Source: the human T2T-CHM13v2.0 reference genome, Homo sapiens. From it: a stretch of DNA of 64,000 nt. The stretch is taken from the NCBI RefSeq assembly GCF_009914755.1, contig NC_060933.1, one strand, 5' to 3'. The notes under the pieces were generated by a model. It was given only the letters and a program-made list of their open reading frames with translations, had not been told where the DNA came from and ran no database searches. Below, piece by piece: positions 1-14,000 of the stretch; the stretch's first letter is position 1; each line of letters starts with the position of its first letter. Position numbers and translations under genes: made by a program.

Positions 1-720
1 CTGCACTCGCTTTGATTCCATTCCATTCCATTCCATTCCATTCCATTCCATTCCATTCTATTCGGGTTAATTCCATTCCATTCCATTCCATTCCATTCCA
101 TTCCAATCGAGTTGATTCCATTCCATTCCATTCCACTCCATTCCAGTCCTTTCCATTCCATTCCACTCGGGTTGATTCCAATGTATTCCTTTCCATTCCA
201 TTCCATTCCATTGCAATCGAGTTGATTCCATTGCTTTGCATTCCATTCCATTCCATTCCATTCCGGATGATTCCATTCCATTGCATTCCCTTCCATTCCA
301 TTCCCCTGCACTCGGGTTGATTCCATTCCATTCCACTCCATTCCGTTCCATTCCATTCCATTCCATTGTATTCAGGTTAATTCCATTCCATTCCATTCCA
401 TTCCATTCCATTACAATCGAGTTGATTCCATTCCATTCCATTCCATTCCATTCCATTCCAGTCCTTTTCATTCCATTCCACTCGGGTTGATTCCATTCTA
501 TTAGTTTCCATTCCATTCCATTCCCTTCCATTCCACTCTGGTTGATTCCATTCCTTTCCATTCCATTTAATTCCATTCCATTCCATTCCATTCCATTCCA
601 ATCCGTTCCATTCCATTCCATTCTATTCCACTGCAATCGACTTGATTCCATTCCATTCCATTCCATTGCATTCCATTCCATGCCATTCCACTCGGGTTGA
701 TTCCATTCCATTCCATTCCA
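1..720 (+). repeat. Direct repeat of ~2759-3490 (offset 2758 bp; copy truncated by window start)
   Basis: ORF 12..320 is identical to ORF 2770..3078. Shared rare markers CCAATGTATT, GTATTCAGGTTAATT, CCAGTCCTTTTCATT and CCACTGCAATCGACTTGATT occur in the same order. Confidence 0.9.
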
Positions 721-3700
721 TTCCATTCCATTCCATTCCATTCCGGAAGATTCCATTCCATTGCATTCCATTCCATTCCATTCCCCTGCACTCGCGTTGA
801 TTCCATTCCATTCCATTCCATTCCATTCCATTCCATTCCATTCCATTCCTTTCCGTTCCATTCCATTCGATTCCATTCCATTCCATTCCATTCCGTTCCG
901 TTCCGTTCCGTTCCATTCCATTCCATTCCATTCTATTCGGGTTAATTCGATTCCATTCCATTCGATTGCAATCGAGTTGATTCCATTCCATTCCATTCCA
1001 TTCCATTCCATTCCTTTCCATTCCATTACGGATGATTCCTTTCCATTGCATTACCTTCCATTCCATTCCCCTGTACTCGGGTTGATTCCATTCCATTCCA
1101 TTCCATTCCATTCTATTCCATTCCATTCCGGAAGATTCCATTCCATTGCATTCCATTCCATTCCATTCCCCTGCACTCGCGTTGATTCCATTCCATTCCA
1201 TTCCATTCCATTCCATTCCATTCCATTCCGTTCCGTTCCGTTCCGTTCCATTCCATTCCATTCCATTCCATTCCGTTCCCTTCCATTCCATTCCATTCCA
1301 TTCTATTCGGGTTAATTCCATTCCATTCCATTCGATTGCAATCGTGTTGATTCCATTCCATTCCATTCCATTCCATTCCATTCCATTCCATTCCATTCCT
1401 TTCCATTCCATTAGGGATGATTCCATTCCATTGCATTCCATTCCATTTAATTCCCCTGTACTCGGGTTGTTTCCATTCCATTGCATTCCAATCCATGCCC
1501 TTCCACTCGTGTTGATTCCATTCTTTCCATTCCATTCAAGTTGAATCCATTCCATTGCATTCCATTCAATTCGATTCCATTCGATTGCACTCGGGTTGAT
1601 TCCATTCCATTGTATTCCATTCCATTCCATTCCATTCCATTCCATTCCATTCCGTTCCATTCCATTCCATTACATTCGGATTGATTCTATTCAATTCCCT
1701 TACACTCCATTACATTCCATTCCATTCGGGTAGTTTCCATTCCATTCCATTCCATTCCTCTCCATTCCATTGCACTCGGGTTGATTCCATTCCATTGCAT
1801 TCCATTCCATTCCATTCAATTCCATACCGTTCCATTCCATTCCATTCCATTCGGATTGATTCTATTCAACTCCCTTACTCTCCATTACATTCCATTCCAT
1901 TCGGGTTGTTCCATACCATTCCATTCCATTCCACTCCATTCCATTGCACTCGGGTTTATTCCATTCCATTCCATTCCATTCCATTCCATTCCGGAAGATT
2001 CCATTCCATTGCATTGCATTCCATTCCATTCCATTCCAATCGAGTTGATTCCATTCCATTGCATTCCATTCCATTCCACTCCATTCCAGTCCTTTCCATT
2101 CCATTACACTCGGGTTGATTCCATTCCATTCCACTCCATTCCGTTCCATTCCATTCCATTCCATTGTATTCGGGTTAATTCCATTCCATTCCACTCCATT
2201 CAATTCCATTCCATTCCATTCCATTCCATTACAATCGAGTTGATTCCATTCCATTCCATTCCATTCCATTCCATTCCATTCCATTCCATTCCATTCCTTT
2301 CCATTCCATTCCACTCGGGTTGATTCCATTCTATTAGTTTCCATTCCATTCCATTCCCTTCCATTCCACTCTGGTTGATTCCATTCCTTTCCATTCCACT
2401 CGAATACATTCCCTCCTATTCCACTCGGAACGATTCCATTCCATTCCATTCCATTCCATTCCAATCCATTCCATTCCATTCCAGTTCGTTCCATTCCGTT
2501 CTATTCGGTACCATTCCATTCCATTCCATTCCTTTCCATTCCATTCCTTTCCACTCGTGTTGATTCCATTCCTTTCCATTCCATTCGGTTTGAAGGCATT
2601 CCATTCCATTCAATTCCATTCCATTCCATTCCATTCCCTTCCATTCTATTCCATTGCATTGCAATCGAGTTGAATCCATTGCCTTTCATTCCATTCCATT
2701 CCATTCCATTCCATTCCGGAAGATTCCATTCCATTCCATTCCATTCCATTCCATTCCCCTGCACTCGCGTTGATTCCATTCCATTCCATTCCATTCCATT
2801 CCATTCCATTCCATTCTATTCGGGTTAATTCCATTCCATTCCATTCCATTCCATTCCATTCCAATCGAGTTGATTCCATTCCATTCCATTCCACTCCATT
2901 CCAGTCCTTTCCATTCCATTCCACTCGGGTTGATTCCAATGTATTCCTTTCCATTCCATTCCATTCCATTGCAATCGAGTTGATTCCATTGCTTTGCATT
3001 CCATTCCATTCCATTCCATTCCGGATGATTCCATTCCATTGCATTCCCTTCCATTCCATTCCCCTGCACTCGGGTTGATTCCATTCCATTCCACTCCATT
3101 CCGTTCCATTCCATTCCATTCCATTGTATTCAGGTTAATTCCATTCCATTCCATTCCATTCCATTCCATTCCATTACAATCGAGTTGATTCCATTCCATT
3201 CCATTCCATTCCATTCCATTCCAGTCCTTTTCATTCCATTCCACTCGGGTTGATTCCATTCTATTAGTTTCCATTCCATTCCATTCCCTTCCATTCCACT
3301 CTGGTTGATTCCATTCCTTTCCATTCCATTTAATTCCATTCCATTCCATTCCATTCCATTCCAATCCGTTCCATTCCATTCCATTCTATTCCACTGCAAT
3401 CGACTTGATTCCATTCCATTCCATTCCATTGCATTCCATTCCATGCCATTCCACTCGGGTTGATTCCATTCCATTCCATTCCATTCCATTCCATTCCATT
3501 CCAATCCATTCCGTTCCATTCCATTTCATTACATTCATTTTGATTCTATTCAATTCCCTTACACTCCATTATATTCCAATCCATTCTGGTTGTTTCCATT
3601 CCATTTCACTCCATTCCATTGAACTCGGTTTGATTCCATTCCATTCCATTCCATTCCATTCCGGATGATTCCATTCCATTGCATTCCATTCCATTCCATT

Positions 3701-6700
3701 CCCCTGCACTCAGGTTGATTCCATTCCATTCCATTCCACTCCATTCGGTTCCGTTCCATTCCATTCTATTGCATTCCATTCTATTCGGGTTAATTCCATT
3801 CCATTCTATTCCATTCCATTCCATTCCATTCCATTCCATTGCAATGGAGTTGATTCCATTCCATTCCATTCCATTCCGGATGATTCCATTCCATTGCATT
3901 CCATTCCATTCCATTCCCCTGCACTCGTGTTGATTCCATTACCTTCTATTCCATTCCATTCCGTTCCATTCCATTGCATTCCATTCTATTCCGGTTAATT
4001 CCATTCCATTCCATTCCATTCCATTCCATTCCATTGCAATCGATTTGATTCCATTCCATTCCTTTCCATTCCATTCCATTGCCTTGCATTCCAATCGGGT
4101 TGATTCCATTCCCTTCTTTCCACTCCATTACATTCCCTTCCATTCCACTCGGAATGATTGATTATATTCCATTCCATTCCATTTCATTCCATTGCAATCC
4201 ATTCCAATCCATTCCATTCCATTCCACTCGAGTTGATTTCATTCCATTCCTTTCCATTCCATTCCATTCCTTTCCATTCGAGTTGATTCCATTCCATTCC
4301 ATTCCATTGCATTCCATTCCATGCCATTCCACTCGGGTTGATTCCATTCCTTTGCATTCCATTCCATTCCATTCCATTCCATTCCATTCCATTCCGTTGC
4401 ATTCCATTCCATTACATTCCGATTGATTCTATTCAACTCCCTTACTCTCCATTACATTCCATTCCATTCCATTCCATTCCACTCCATTCCATTGCACTCG
4501 GGTTGATTCCATTCCATTCCATTCCATTCCATTCCATTCCATTCCGGATGATTCCATTCCGTTGCATTCCGTTCCATTACATTCCCCTGCACTCGCGTTG
4601 ATTCCATTCCATTCCATTCCATTCCATTCAATTCCATTCCATTACAATTCGTTCCATTCCATTCTATTCCCTACCATTCCATTCCATTCCATACCATTCC
4701 ATTCCATTCCATTCCATTCCATTCCATTCCGTTCCATTCCGTTCCATTCCATTCCATTCCATTCTATTCGGGTTAATTCCATTCCATTCCATTCCATTCC
4801 ATTCTATTCCATTCCATTGCAATCGAGTTGAATCCATTGCATTTCATTCCATTCCATTCCATTCCATTCCGGAAGATTCCATTCCATTGCATTCCATTCC
4901 ATTCCATTCCCCTGCACTCGCGTTGATTCCATTCCGTTCCATTGCATTCCATTCCATTCGATTCCGTTCCTTTCCGTTCCGTTCCATTCCATTCCATTCC
5001 ATTCCATTCCGTTCCGTTCCATTGCATTCCATTCCATTCTATTCGGGTTAATTCCATTCCATTCCATTCGATTGCAATCGTGTTGATTCCATTCCATTCC
5101 ATTCCATTCCATTCCATTCCATTCCATTCCATTCCTTTCCATTCCATTACGGATGATTCCATTCCATTGCATTCCATTCCATTCCATTCCCCTGTACTCG
5201 GGTTGATTCCATTCCATTGCATTCCAATCCATGCCCTTCCACTCGTGTTGATTCCATTCTTTCCATTCCATTCAAGTTGAATCCATTCCATTGCATTCCA
5301 TTCCATTCGATTCCATTCCATTCCATTCCGTTTCATTCCATTCCATTACATTCGGATTGATTCTATTCAATTCCCTTACACTCCATTTCATTCCATTCTA
5401 TTCGGGTAGTTTCCATTCCATTCCATTCCATTCCTCTCCATTCCATTGCACTCGGGTTGATTCCATTCCATTGCATTCCATTCCATTCCATTCCATTCCA
5501 TTCCGTTCCATTCCATTCCATTACATTCTAATTGATTCTATTCATTTCCCTTAGTCTCCATTACATTCCATTCCATTCGGGTTGTTCCATTCCATTCCAT
5601 TCCATTCCACTCCATTCCATTGCACTCGGGTTGATTCCATTCCATTCCATTCCATTCCATTCCATTCCATTCCATTCCGGAAGATTCCATTCCATTGCAT
5701 TCCATTCCATTCCATTCCCCTGCACTCGCGTTGATTCCATTCCATTCCATTCCATTCCATTCCATTCCACTCCATTCCATTGCACTCGGGTTGATTCCAT
5801 CCCATTCCATTCCATTCCATTCCATTCCGGATGTTTCCATTCCATTGCATTCCGTTCCATTACATTCCCCTGCACTCGCGTTGATTCCATTCCATTCCAT
5901 TCCATTCCATTCAATTCCATTCCATTTCAATTCGTTCCATTCCATTCTATTCCGTACCATTCCATTCCATACCATTCCATTTCATTCCATTCCATTCCAT
6001 TCCATTCCATTCCGTTCCACTCCGTTCCATTCCATTCCATTGCATTCTATTCGGGTTAATCCCATTCCATTCCATTCCATTCCATTCTATTCCATTCCAT
6101 TGCAATCGAGTTGAATCCATTGCATTTCATTCCATTCCATTCCATTCCATTCCGGAAGATTCCATTCCATTGCATTCCAATCCATGCCATTCCCCTGCAC
6201 TCGCGTTGATTCCATTCCATTCCATTCCATTCCATTCCATTCCATTCCATTCCATTCCTTTCTGTTCCATTCCATTCCATTCCATTCCATTCCATTCCAT
6301 TCCATTCCGTTTCATTCCATTCCATTCCATTCTATTTGGGTTAATTCCATTCCATTCCATTCGATTGCAATCGTGTTGATTCCATTCCATTCCATTCCAT
6401 TCCATTCCATTCCATTCCTTTCCATTCCATTACGGATGATTCCATTCCATTGCATTCCATTCCATTCCATTCCCCTGTACTCGGGTTGATTCCATTCCAT
6501 TGCATTCCAATCCATGCCCTTCCACTCGTGTTGATTCCATTCTTTCCATTCCATTCAAGTTGAATCCATTCCATTGTATTCCATTCCATTCGATTCCATT
6601 CGATTGCACTCGGGTTGATTCCATTCCATTGCATTCCATTCCATTCCATTCCATTCCATTCCATTCCATTCCATTCCGTTCCATTCCATTCCATTACATT

Positions 6701-9700
6701 CGGATTGATTCTATTCAATTCCCTTACACTCCATTATATTCCATTCCATTCGGGTAGTTTCCATTCCATTCCATTCCATTCCTCTCCATTCCATTGCACT
6801 CGGGTTGATTCCATTCCATTGCATTCCATTCCATTCCATTCAATTCCATTCCGTTCCATTCCATTCCATTACATTCGGATTGACTCTATTCAACTCCCTT
6901 ACTCTCCATTACATTCCATTCCATTCGGGTTGTTCCATTCCATTCCATTCCATTCCACTCCATTCCATTGCCCTCGGGTTTATTCCATTCCATTCCATTC
7001 CATTCCATTCCATTCCATTCCGGAAGATTCCATTCCATTGCATTCCATTCCATTCCATTCCCCTGCACTCGCGTTGATTCCATTCCATTCTATTCCATTC
7101 CATTCCATTCCATTATATTCCTTTCCGTTCCATTCCATTCGATTCCATTCCATTCCATTCCATTCTGTTCCGTTCCGTTCCGTTCCATTCCATTCCATTC
7201 CATTCTATTCGGGTTAATTCGATTCCATTCCATTCGATTGCAATCGAGTTGATTCCATTCCATTCCATTCCATTCCATTCCATTCCTTTCCATTCCATTA
7301 CGGATGATTCCTTTCCATTGCATTACCTTCCATTCCATTCCCCTGTACTCGGGTTGATTCCATTCCATTCCATTCCATTCCATTCTATTCCATTCCATTC
7401 CGGAAGATTCCATTCCATTGCATTCCATTCCATTCCATTCCCCTGCACTCGCGTTGACTGCATTCCATTCCATTCCATTCCATTCCATTCCATTCCATTC
7501 CGTTCCGTTCCGTTCCATTCCATTCCATTCCATTCCATTCCATTCCGTTCCGTTCCATTCCATTCCATTCCATTCTATTCGGGTTAATTCCATTCCATTC
7601 CATTCGATTGCAATCGTGTTGATTCCATTCCATTCCATTCCATTCCATTCCATTCCATTCCATTCCTTTCCATTCCATTACGGATGATTCCATTCCATTG
7701 CATTCCATTCCATTCCATTCCCCTGTACTCGGGTTGTTTCCATTCCATTGCATTCCAATCCATGCCCTTCCACTCGTGTTGATTCCATTCTTTCCATTCC
7801 ATTCAAGTTGAATCCATTCCATTGCATTCCATTCAATTCGATTCCATTCGATTGCACTCGGGTTGATTCCATTCCATTGCATTCCATTCCATTCCATTCC
7901 ATTCCATTCCATTCCATTCCGTTCCATTCCATTCCATTACATTCGGATTGATTCTATTCAATTCCCTTACACTCCATTACATTCCATTCCATTCGGGTAG
8001 TTTCCATTCCATTCCATTCCATTCCTCTCCATTCCATTGCACTCGGGTTGATTCCATTCCATTGCATTCCATTCCATTCCATTCAATTCCATTCCGTTCC
8101 ATTCCATTCCATTCCATTCCGATTGATTCTATTCAACTCCCTTACTCTCCATTACATTCCATTCCATTCGGGTTGTTCCATACCATTCCATTCCATTCCA
8201 CTCCATTCCATTGCACTCGGGTTTATTCCATTCCATTCCATTCCATTCCATTCCATTCCGGAAGATTCCATTACATTGCATTCCATTCCATTCCATTCCA
8301 TTCCAATCGAGTTGATTCCATTCCATTGCATTCCATTCCATTCCACTCCATTCCAGTCCTTTCCATTCCATTACACTCGGGTTGATTCCATTCCATTCCA
8401 CTCCATTCCGTTCCATTCCATTCCATTCCATTGTATTCGGGTTAATTCCATTCCATTCCATTCCATTCCATTCCATTCCATTCCATTCCATTCCATTCCA
8501 TTACAATCGAGTTGATTCCATTCCATTCCATTCCATTCCAGTCCATTCCATTCCATTCCACTCGGGTTGATTCCATTCTATTAGTTTCCATTCCATTCCA
8601 TTCCCTTCCATTCCACTCTGGTTGATTCCATTCCTTTCCATTCCACTCGAATACATTCCCTCCTATTCCACTCGGAACGATTCCATTCCATTCCATTCCA
8701 TTCCATTCCAATCCATTCCATTCCATTCCAGTTCGTTCCATTCCGTTCTATTCGGTACCATTCCATTCCATTCCATTCATTTCCATTCCATTCCTTTCCA
8801 CTCTTGTTGATTCCATTCCTTTCCATTCCATTCGGTTTGAAGGCATTCCATTCCATTCAATTCCATTCCATTCCATTCCATTCCCTTCCATTCTATTCCA
8901 TTGCATTGCAATCGAGTTGAATCCATTGCCTTTCATTCCATTCCATTCCATTCCATTCCATTACGGAAGATTCCATTCCATTCCATTCCATTCCATTCCA
9001 TTCCATTCCCCTGCACTCGCGTTGATTCCCTTCCATTCCATTCCATTCCATTCTATTCGGGTTAATTCCATTCCATTCCATTCCATTCCATTCCATTCCA
9101 ATCGAGTTGATTCCATTCCATTCCATTCCACTCCATTCCAGTCCTTTCCATTCCATTCCACTCGGGTTGATTCCAATGTATTCCTTTCCATTCCATTCCA
9201 TTCCATTGCAATCGAGTTGATTCCATTGCTTTGCATTCCATTCCATTCCATTCCATTCCGGATGATTCCATTCCATTGCATTCCATTCCATTCCATTCCC
9301 CTGCACTCGGGTTGATTCCATTCCATTCCACTCCATTCCGTTCCATTCCATTCCATTCCATTGTATTCAGGTTAATTCCATTCCATTCCATTCCATTCCA
9401 TTCCATTCCAATCGAGTTGATTCCATTCCATTCCATTCCATTCCATTCCATTACAGTCCTTTCCATTCCATTCCACTCGGGTTGATTCCATTCTATTAGT
9501 TTCCATTCCATTCCATTCCCTTCCATTCCACTCTGGTTGATTCCATTCCTTTCCATTCCATTTAATTCCATTCCATTCCATTCCATTCCAATCCGTTCCA
9601 TTCCATTCCATTCTATTCCACTGCAATCGACTTGATTCCATTCCATTCCATTCTATTCCATTCCATTCCATTCCATTCCATTCAATTTTGTTCCAATCCA

Positions 9701-10790
9701 TTCTATTCCGAACCATTCCATTCCATTCCATTCCATTCCATTGCATTCCATTCCATGCCATTCCACTCGGGTTGATTCCATTCCATTCCATTCCATTCCA
9801 TTCCATTCCATTCCATTCCATTTCATTCCGTTCCATTCCATTTCATTACATTCATTTTGATTCTATTCAATTCCCTTACACTCCATTATATTCCAATCCA
9901 TTCTGGTTGTTTCCATTCCATTCCATTCCATTTCACTCCATTCCACTGCACTCGGTTTGATTCCATTCCATTCCATTCCATTCCATTCCGGATGATTCCA
10001 TTCCATTGCATTCCATTCCATTCCATTCCCCTGCACTCAGGTTGATTCCATTCCATTCCATTCCACTCCATTCGGTTCCGTTCCATTCCATTCTATTGCA
10101 TTCCATTCTATTCTGGTTAATTCCATTCCATTCTATTCCATTCCATTCCATTCCATTCCATTGCAATGGAGTTGATTCCATTCCATTCCATTCCATTCCG
10201 GATGATTCCATTCCATTGCATTCCATTCCATTCCATTCCCCTGCACTCGTGTTGATTCCATTACCTTCTATTCCATTCCATTCCGTTCCATTCCATTGCA
10301 TTCCATTCTATTCCGGTTAATTCCATTCCATTCCATTCCATTCCATTCCATTCCATTCCATTGCAATCGAGTTGATTCCATTCCATTCCTTTCCATTCCA
10401 TTCCATTGCCTTGCATTCCAATCGGGTTGATTCCATTCCCTTCTTTCCACTCCATTACATTCCCTTCCATTCCACTCGGAATGATTGATTATATTCCATT
10501 ATATTCCATTTCATTCCATTGCAATCCATTCCAATCCATTCCATTCCATTCCACTCGAGTTGATTTCATTCCATTCCTTTCCATTCCATTCCATTCCTTT
10601 CCATTCGAGTTGATTCCATTCCATTCCATTCCATTGCATTCCATTCCATGCCATTCCACTCGGGTTGATTCCATTCCTTTGCATTCCATTCCATTCCATT
10701 CCATTCCATTCCATTCCGTTGCATTCCATTCCATTACATTCGGATTGACTCTATTCAACTCCCTTACTCTCCATTACATTCCATTCCATT
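700..10790 (+). repeat. Duplicated ~3.8-kb block: ~700-4460 and ~6980-10790 (offset 6237-6327 bp)
   Basis: Collinear rare markers: GATGATTCCTTTCCATTGCATTACCTT 1031/7303, CCATACCATT 1911/8178, CGAATAC 2401/8648, CCAATGTATT 2936/9173, ACATTCATTTTGATT 3531/9848, GGAATGATTGATTATATT 4151/10478. Confidence 0.88.
740..754. promoter_or_regulatory. Perfect three-unit heat-shock element motif (first of ~25 copies in the window)
   Basis: ATTCC-GGAAG-ATTCC equals nTTCn-nGAAn-nTTCn, the canonical HSF1 trimer site. The motif match is direct; function is inferred only. Confidence 0.5.
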
Positions 10791-11089
10791 CGGGTTGTTC
10801 CATTCCATTCCATTGCACTCGGGTTTATTCCATTCCATTCCATTCCATTCCATTCCATTCCATTCCGGAATCTTCCATTCCATTGCATTCCATTCCATTC
10901 CATTCCCCTGCACTCGCGTTGATTCCATTCCATTCCATTCCATTCCATTCCTTTCCGTTCCATTCCATTCCATTCCATTCCATTCCGTTCCGTTCCGTTC
11001 CGTTCCGTTCCATTCCATTCCATTCCATTCTATTCGGGTTAATTCCATTCCATTCCATTCCATTCCATTCCATTCCATTCCATTCCATT

Positions 11090-14000
11090 ACAATCGAGTT
11101 GATTCCATTCCATTCCATTCCATTCCATTCCATTCCATTCCAGTCCTTTCCATTCCATTCCACTCGGGTTGATTCCATTCTATTAGTTTCCATTCCATTC
11201 CATTCCCTTCCATTCCACTCTGGTTGATTCCATTCCTTTCCATTCCACTCGAATACATTCCCTCCTATTCCACTCGGAACGATTCCATTCCATTCCATTC
11301 CATTCCATTCCATTCCAGTTCGTTCCATTCCATTCTATTCCTTACCATTCCATTCCATTCCATTCCTTTCCATTCCATTCCTTTCCACTCGTGTTGATTC
11401 CATTCCTTTCCATTCCTTTCGGTTTGAAGGCATTCCATTCCATTCCATTCCATTCCATTCCATTCCATTCCATTCCATTCTCTTCCATTCCATTGCAATC
11501 GAGTTTAATCCATTGCCTTTCATTCCGTTCCATTCCATTCCATTCCATTCCGGAAGATTCCATTCCATTACATTCCATTCCATTCCATTCCCCTGCACTC
11601 GCGTTGATTCCATTCCATTCCATTCCATTCCATTCCGTTCCGTTCCATTCCATTCCATTCCATTCCATTCCATTCCATTCCATTCCGTTCCGTTCCATTC
11701 CATTCTATTCGGGTTAATTCCATTCCATTCCATTCGATTGCCATCGAGTTGATTACATTCCATTTCATTCCATTCCATTCCATTCCATACCATTCCATTC
11801 CTTTCCATTCCATTACGGATGACTCCATTCCATTGCATTCCATTCCATTCCATTCCCCTGTACTCGGGTTGATTCCATTCCATTCCATTCCACTCCATTC
11901 GGTTCCGTTGCATTCCATTCTATTGCATTCCATTCTATTCGGGTTAATTCCATTCCATTCTATTCCATTCCATTCCATTCCATTCCATTGCAATGGAGTT
12001 GATTCCATTCCATTCCATTCCATTCCGGATTATTCCATTCCATTGCATTCCATTCCATTCCATTCCCCTGCACTCGTGTTGATTCCATTCCCTTCCATTC
12101 CATTCCATTCCATTCCATTCCATTCTATTCCGATTAATTCCATTCCATTCCATTCCATTCCATTCCATTGCAATCGAGTTGATTCCATTCCATTCCTTTC
12201 CATTCCATTCCATTGCCTTGCATTCCACTCGGGTTGATTCCATTCCCTTCTTTCCACTCCATTACATTCCCTTCCATTCCACTCGGAATGATTGATTCCA
12301 TTCCATTCCATTCCATTTCATTCCATTGTATTCGGGTTAATTCCATTCCATTCCATTCCATTCCATTCCATTCCATTCCATTCCATTAGAATCGAGTTGA
12401 TTCCATTCCATTCCATTCCTTTCCATTCCATTCCATTCCATTCCAGTCCTTTCCATTCCATTCTACTCGGGTTGATTTCATTCTATTAGTTTCCATTCCA
12501 TTCCATTCCCTTCCATTCCACTCTGGTTGATTCCATTCCTTTCCATTCCACTCGAATATATTCCCTCCTATTCCACTCGGAACGATTCCATTCCATTCCA
12601 TTCCATTCCATTCCATTCCATTCCAGTACGTTCCATTCCATTCTATTCCGTACCATTCCATTCCATTCCTTTCCATTCCATTCCTTTCCACTCGTGTTGA
12701 TTCCATTCCTTTCCATTCCTTTCGGTTTGAAGGCATTCCATTCCATTCCATTCCATTCCATTCCATTCCATTCCATTCTCTTCCATTCCATTGCAATCGA
12801 GTTTAATCCATTGCCTTTCATTCCGTTCCATTCCATTCCATTCCATTCCGGAAGATTCCATTCCATTACATTCCATTCCATTCCATTCTCCTGCACTCGC
12901 GTTAATTCCATTCCATTCCATTCCATTCCATTCCGTTCCGTTCCATTCCATTCCATTCCATTCCATTCCATTCCATTCCGTTCCGTTCCATTCCATTCCA
13001 TTCCATTCTATTCGGGTTAATTCCATTCCATTCCATTCGATTGCCATCGAGTTGATTACATTCCATTCCATTCCATTCCATTCCATTCCATTCCATTCCA
13101 TTCCTTTCCATTCCATTACGGATGACTCCATTCCATTGCATTCCATTCCATTCCATTCCCCTGTACTCGGGTTGATTCCATTCCATTCCATTCCACTCCA
13201 TTCGGTTCCGTTGCATTCCATTCTATTGCATTCCATTCTATTCGGGTTAATTCCATTCCATTCTATTCCATTCCTTTCCATTCCATTCCATTGCAATGGA
13301 GTTGATTCCATTCCATTCCATTCCATTCCGGATTATTCCATTCCATTGCATTCCATTCCATTCCATTCCCCTGCACTCGTGTTGATTCCATTCCCTTCCA
13401 TTCCATTCCATTCCATTCCATTCCATTCCATTCCATTCTATTCCGATTAATTCCATTCCATTCCATTCCATTCCATTCCATTCCATTGCAATCGAGTTGA
13501 TTCCATTCCATTCCTTTCCATTCCATTCCATTGCCTTGCATTCCACTCGGGTTGATTCCATTCCCTTCTTTCCACTCCATTACATTCCCTTCCATTCCAC
13601 TCGGAATGATTGATTCCATTCCATTCCATTCCATTTCATTCCATTGCAATCCATTCCAATCCATTCCATTCCATTCCATTCCACTCGAGTTGACTTCATT
13701 CCATTCCTTTCCATTCCATTCCATTCCATTCCTTTCCACTCGAGTTGATTCCATTCCATTCCAATCCATTGCATTCCATTCCATGCCATTCCACTCTGGT
13801 TGATTCCATTCCTTTGCATTCCATTCCATTCCATTCCATTGCATTCCATTCCATTCCATTCCGTTGCATTCCATTCCATTACATTCGGATTGATTCTATT
13901 CAACTCCCTTACTCTCCATTACATTCCATTCCATTCGGGTTGTTCCATTCCATTCCATTCCATTCCACTCCATTCCATTGCACTCGGGTTGATTCCATTC

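Noticed and set aside
741-750. STAT (GAS) or ETS site reading of TTCCGGAAGA
   Set aside because: The TTC-GAA spacing is 2, not the 3 of a GAS element, and the ETS consensus CCGGAAGT/C is mismatched at the last base. The HSE reading fits exactly.
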